The notes under the pieces are model-generated. The model was not told where the DNA came from and searched no databases. It saw only the letters and a program-made list of their open reading frames with translations. A stretch of 64,000 nucleotides of DNA from Octopus sinensis. Taxonomy: Eukaryota. Shown in pieces: positions 58,821 to 64,000 of this stretch. Numbering within the stretch: position 1 is the stretch's first letter; each line of letters opens with the position of its first letter. The position numbers and the translations under genes were made by a program. The stretch lies in assembly GCF_006345805.1 (NCBI RefSeq), contig NC_043002.1:66588001-66652000 (forward strand), given 5' to 3'.

Positions 58821-59649
58821 AGTAAATAACAATACAATGCTACATCGACATTATATTACAAATCAGTTCTTTTCCTACAAGATATGGGTATGTTCCTAGA
58901 AAACATCAGAACAGTATGGTGGCTAAAAGAAGTACATTAGTTGGGCGTGAATTTGGACGTGGTGTATTTGACTGGAGCGGGGTGGGGTGTTCGCATTTGC
59001 ATGTGTTGATCGTTTATGTGAAGGTTTAGCTAGTTTATTTTCTTTAACACAATAATTCAGTTTTGAATCACTTTAGACGAGACGGGAATTGTGCACTTTA
59101 GTTTGGCTCCTCCAATATTCCATGGAATAAGGAAATATTTTTGATGAATAAGAGGTATTAATTATCTTAAAAGGTACAACGGACGGATTAAGTGAAATAA
59201 CTCAATCAGGGGCTCGAAACCGCAGAGCATGCATGTCTTTCCTCGAGCTTACCAGCCACCCTTTAATGCTAAATACTGAGTTTAATGTCCACTGATGTAG
59301 GCTTTGTATTCAGTCTACTGAAGATGATTTGATAATTGTCAGGAAATCAATAATATCACTTATGGTATCTGACGAAACTGGTTTCGTTTTAATGTGATTT
59401 CAATATTGTAGTTTACAGTGCTGGAAATTCTTTGCAAATTGAGACGCGATACGTCTCACTCTCAACGTTTACTTCATATCGCGAGGCAGAAAATTCGCGT
59501 CGACTGTCTTGTGGTCATTCACCCCAGCTATCTTGCCTTCTGATTTCAAACCACCCCGAGCTCAATTTCATTCTTTCGATGTCAACAAAAATAAAGCATT
59601 CGTCCAGTACTAAAGTCGAATTTTCTCTGAGAGTGTTGTTCAAATGATT

Positions 59650-59780
59650 TCAAATTTTGGCTCAGGGCCAGTAATTTTGAGGAAGTGTAAGTAGAGTACA
59701 TCGGCCCCGCGGCTCAAATGGTACTTATTTTATCGACCCCGGAAGGATTAAAGGCAGAGTCGACCTCAGCGGAATTTGTT
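59650..59780 (-). mobile_element. SINE-B fragment
   Basis: GGTACTTATTTTATCGACCCCGGAAGGATTAAAGGCAGAGTCGACCTCAGCGGAATTTG. Confidence 0.8.
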
Positions 59781-59959
59781 TCTCCCAGCGTTCACTATTT
59801 TCTTTTCGTTCTGGTCTAACGACCCTCCGTTTGCGTTCGGTTTCCTTGTATGTTTCCACTGTCATTTTTTTTTTGTTCTCAACTTTGAACCTTCATAAAT
59901 CTAAAATTGTATTTTAGAATTTATGGGAACAACTGTTCTTGAAGACTCATATTGTCGTT

Positions 59960-60140
59960 GAATGCTCGAAATGAGGAGTAAATACACAACCGACAACGGA
60001 TGAAGGGTCCTTTCTCTGTGTTAACTTGTCCTGTTTTCTATTTTTCTTCTCGTTGTTTACGCCTTTCACTCGTTTTTCCATCGTTTGTTTACGTATTTCA
60101 TGTTATTTGCACCATTGGTGACGTCCTGTAGCCGTATATG
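59960..60140 (+). mobile_element. Family P3 fragment
   Basis: Homologous to 54330-54490; ends in (TA)n. Confidence 0.6.
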
Positions 60141-60180
60141 CATGTATATATATATATATATAATATATATATATATATAT

Positions 60181-60330
60181 ACATGTCCGACGAACGGGAA
60201 CATGAAACTCTGAGTAAGAGTTTTCTTTTGTGATGTTTTTGCAGCTTCAATAAAAAAGCATACTACTCTACCTTCGATATTTGAGTATTATCTTTTCCAC
60301 CTTGTTTTGTATTTATGTGCTTACTCGTAT
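60181..60330 (+). mobile_element. Family P5 element with decayed hammerhead motif
   Basis: CCGACGA (60187-60193)...GAAACTCTGAGTA (60204-60216); downstream homologous to 19754-19875. Confidence 0.55.
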
Positions 60331-60363
60331 ATACATACATACATACATACATACATACATACA

Positions 60364-60395
<32 letters not shown>

Positions 60396-60440
60396 CATAC
60401 ATACGTACGTACGTATGTATGTATGTATGTATGTATGTTT
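60331..60440. repeat. (CATA)n-(TATG)n fold-back microsatellite with a spacer-less 32-bp palindrome
   Basis: Perfect palindrome 60393-60424 centred on AC|GT at 60408/60409. Confidence 0.93.
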
Positions 60441-60869
60441 GCTTGTATGCATACACACCACGCACACACAAACACAGTTCTATCAAAATATTTCTTATGG
60501 CGTTTTCTCTTTCCGCTTCAGTGCGATAAATATAGCCGTATTCCAAATGTCTGTCTCCATTTTCTCGTTGACTAAGTATAATCAATCGCATTGATCATTG
60601 GCCAACAATGTCTATTGAAATGCAGGAAGCAGGAAATACTTGAGATGTTGTGGTGTTCATGCTTGTTTCAGGGATGTTAGAAGTAAGTGTGATGTGAAAT
60701 GGATCTAACCACAGATGATATATAGATCATGGAGTTTAAACCAAGGATGTTATTGGTACTTATTTCATATGTGTTTAATATTACACTGGAATGAAGTAAC
60801 CACGTGAAACGTTCATATTGCATTACAGAAATGAGGGATGTTGGTAGTGGGGTTGGTGAGTAAAGAAGA

Positions 60870-61111
60870 TACATTGGAGAGAAAGAGAGAGTGAGAAAGA
60901 GAGAGAGTGAGTGAGAGAGAATGAGAGAAAGGGAGGGAGGGAGAGAGAGAAAGGGAAAGAGAAAGAGAGAGGATGGAGATTAGAAGATGCATTAAAAGAT
61001 ACGATCAGACAGGGAATGAAATAAAATATTATCTGTGAGTATGTGTGTATATGTGTGTGTGTATGTGTTAGTGCGTGTTTGTGTGTGTGTGTGGTGTGTG
61101 TGTGTGTGTGA

Positions 61112-61146
<35 letters not shown>

Positions 61147-61440
61147 CAGACAAATAGAGAGAGACATAGACAAATAGAGAGCGACAGAGAGAGAAAGACA
61201 AACAGACAGAAGCGGAGATAGAAACAGGGAAAAGAAATGGAGAGAGGAAGAGAAAGGGAGAGAGGGAGAGCGAGACAGACAGACAGAAACAGGGAGAAAA
61301 AGACAGAGAGAGACAGACATAGACAGACAGACAGAGAGAAACTGACAAGGAGAGAGATAGAGAGAGGGAGAGAAAGAGAAAGAGAGAGAGGGAGAGAAAG
61401 AGAAAGAGAGAGAGAGAGACCGTAGATAGAAAAAGAAGCA
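60870..61440. repeat. GA-rich low-complexity tract
   Basis: Direct reading. Confidence 0.9.
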
Positions 61441-61454
61441 AAGATAATATTGAT

Positions 61455-61660
61455 TCCAAATTTTGGCTCAGGGTCAGCAGTTTTGGGGGAAGGGAAAGTC
61501 GATTACATCGACCCCAGTGTTCAACTGGTACATATTTTATCGACCCCGGAAGGATTAGAGGAAAAGTCGACCTCGGTGGAATTTGAACTCAGAACGTAAG
61601 ACGAACGAAAAGCTGATAAACATTTTAATCGGCGTGCTAACGCTTCTGTTAGCTCAACGC
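61455..61660 (-). mobile_element. SINE-B
   Basis: ATCGACCCCAGTGTTCAACTGGTAC...GTCGACCTCGGTGGAATTTGAACTCAGAACG. Confidence 0.85.
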
Positions 61661-62116
61661 CTATAGAGGCAAAGAGAGTATTCAAGCAAGTGAGAATGTT
61701 AGGCTGTACAAATCAAAGAAACAGTGCTAGGGAAATCGAGAGGGAAGCGAAGGTATGTAAGGAGAGATAAGAGGGAGAAAATAATAAACAGAGAGAATGA
61801 GAGAGAGAGAGAGAGAGAGAAATAAAGAGAAAAAGGGAGAGACAGAGGAAATTGTGTAAATAGAAAAGGTGGAGAGAAAATCAAGATATGAAATTGCAAA
61901 TAAAATGGAAAATGATAAAAAAAAAAGGGAGGGAAAAGATCGAAAACGCACGTTTACACACTCACAAACACACACCTGTATATATCTGTTTATATATATA
62001 CATATATATTTATGTACACATATAAATATATATACACATATATAGATACATACATACATACATACATACATACATACATACATACGTACATATATATATA
62101 TATGTATGTATCTATC

Positions 62117-62158
<42 letters not shown>

Positions 62159-62534
62159 TACATATATATATATACATACGTATATATATAGATCCATACA
62201 TACATATATATATATATATATGTACAGAGAGAGAGAGAGAAAGATGAATACAGTTTCATTTCTTTCTGGAAGCAAGAACTGTTTCTCTGACTACCATCTT
62301 GTTTAAGCGTCGGTGCCATTCTGATTCTATTCCTGGTTAAATCTGTTCATCGTTCTGTCTGACCAAAAGTAAACATTGGTAACGAGGAACATGTGCTTGT
62401 CTCAGATAGAAAACAGAGTTCGTAGACGAATCACGTATATTGTCCGTATTTGGCTAAAGGCCACTCAAGAAACGCATGTATATATATACATACATACACA
62501 CACATACACACATTATATATATACATGTATGTAT

Positions 62535-62572
<38 letters not shown>

Positions 62573-62779
62573 GTATATATGTATATACATACACACACAT
62601 ACGTAATAGAGTATTAGCTTGCTTGTGTGCCTCTGTGAGTATGTGTGTGTGTATGAGTGGGCGTATTTGTGTGTATGAATGTGTGTGTGTATGTATAAGC
62701 GTGCGTGTGTGTGTGTGTGTATGTATGTGTGTATGAGTGTACGAGTGTGTGTGTATGAACATGTAGATGTGTTGCGCAA

Positions 62780-63078
62780 TGAAGGTGCGTGGCTTAGTGT
62801 TTAGGGTATTCGACCCACGATCGTAAGGTTGTGAGTTCGATACCCGGCGTCGTGTTATATCCTTGAGCACATTTTAATTCACGTTGCTCCAGTCCATTCA
62901 GCTGGCGAAAATGCTTAGTACCTGTAATACAAAGGGACCAGCTTTGTTACATTCTGTGTTACACTGAATCTCCCTGAGAACTAAGTTAAGGGTACACGTG
63001 TCTGTGGAGTGCTCAGCCAGTTGCACATTAATTTCACGAGCCGGCTGTTCCCATTGATCGGATCAATTGCAGGGATGC
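62780..63078 (+). mobile_element. SINE-C
   Basis: TGGCTTAGTGTTTAGG A-box, GAGTTCGATAC B-box, core and tail shared with 51016-51282 and 30335-30662. Confidence 0.88.
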
Positions 63079-63510
63079 AGGATATTGGGGGCGAGGGGGC
63101 AGTTGCTCAACAGTTTCGAAAAAATACTATATAAGGTGTGAATCGCAATTCGTAACAAATGGACCCACTTTTATGTATTCGAACTTGGTTTTTAGCAGAC
63201 CATATGCACATCCGTGCCTGCACCTTTTTTTAAAATCTAGATATTAACACCGTTGTCTTTTTCCAGGGAGATATGTGAATAGTATTTCTTCAAGAATACA
63301 ACTCAGTATTAAATTCAAGTACAAAATGCCGACATATTTGACCAGCGTTAAAGTGAAACATATCTCGATAATTGGCCATGACTGACGAGAATATTCTAGA
63401 CGATCAAAAGACCCACTTTCTGTGAATTTTTGGCTTTTATGTGTTTCATGCTGTCTTCAACTATAGCTAGAGATACGGTCATAGTTATCTCTAAATAATA
63501 TTTATATAAA

Positions 63511-63880
63511 CGCAGGAGTGACTGTGTGTTAAGTTTGCTTCCGAACCACATGGTTCCATGTTCAGTCCCACGGCGTGACACCTTGGGCATGTGTCTTCTA
63601 TTATAGCCCCAGGTCGACCAAAGATTTTAAAGTGGATTTAGTAGACGGAATCTGAAAGAAGCTTGTCATGGTGTGGTGTGTGTGTGTGTGTGTGTGTATG
63701 TATTCCCCCGCACCACCGCTTGGCATTCGGTGTTAGTGTGTTTACGCCCCTGTAATTTAGCAGTTCGGCAAAAGACCCGATAGAATAAGCACCAGGCTTA
63801 AAATAAGTACCAGGTTCGATTCGTTCAACCAAAATTCTTCAAGGCGGTGCTTCAGCATGGCCGCAATCTAATGACGAAAA
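63511..63880 (+). mobile_element. SINE-A
   Basis: CGCAGGAGTGACTGTGTG head to CAGCATGGCCGCAATC tail. Confidence 0.9.
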
Positions 63881-64000
63881 ATCAGAAGATAAACGATACA
63901 ATTTGATTTCATAGTCTTGGTGTTGAACTGATAGAGTTTTAAGAATGTCGGATGGGATGTCTTGCGGTATTTGATCCGGAACTATGAGCTCGTGTCTTTC

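Overview
This is a eukaryotic, AT-rich, microsatellite-saturated non-coding window (intron or intergenic). The SINE families and repeat landscape resemble octopus DNA as I recall it; this needs a BLAST check. I can support no intact host protein-coding gene, rRNA, true tRNA or CRISPR array, and nearly all ORFs in the supplied track are translations of simple repeats. Protein-level signals are all transposon relics: a mariner DD34D transposase pseudogene (25.7-26.7 kb), two R4/Dong-like non-LTR endonuclease fragments (26.7-27.3 and 45.5-45.9 kb), a decayed RT region (49.6-50.2 kb) and a Tigger/pogo HTH remnant (12.8-12.9 kb). At least four SINE families (working labels A-D) are present in many copies. 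The most interesting signal is a set of short elements sitting in (TA)n tracts that carry minimal type I hammerhead-ribozyme motifs with palindromic stem III, as in Penelope-like pLTRs or retrozymes. One is a 220-bp near-perfect palindrome encoding a hammerhead on each strand, and three related elements split SINE-A copies at their central microsatellite. Other notable items are a three-core SINE inserted as one unit with a 17-bp TSD, a 620-bp long-TIR MITE containing telomere-type repeats, a near-identical 1.42-kb tandem duplication, and an RFX X-box cluster. SINE and repeat boundaries are approximate unless a TSD is quoted.
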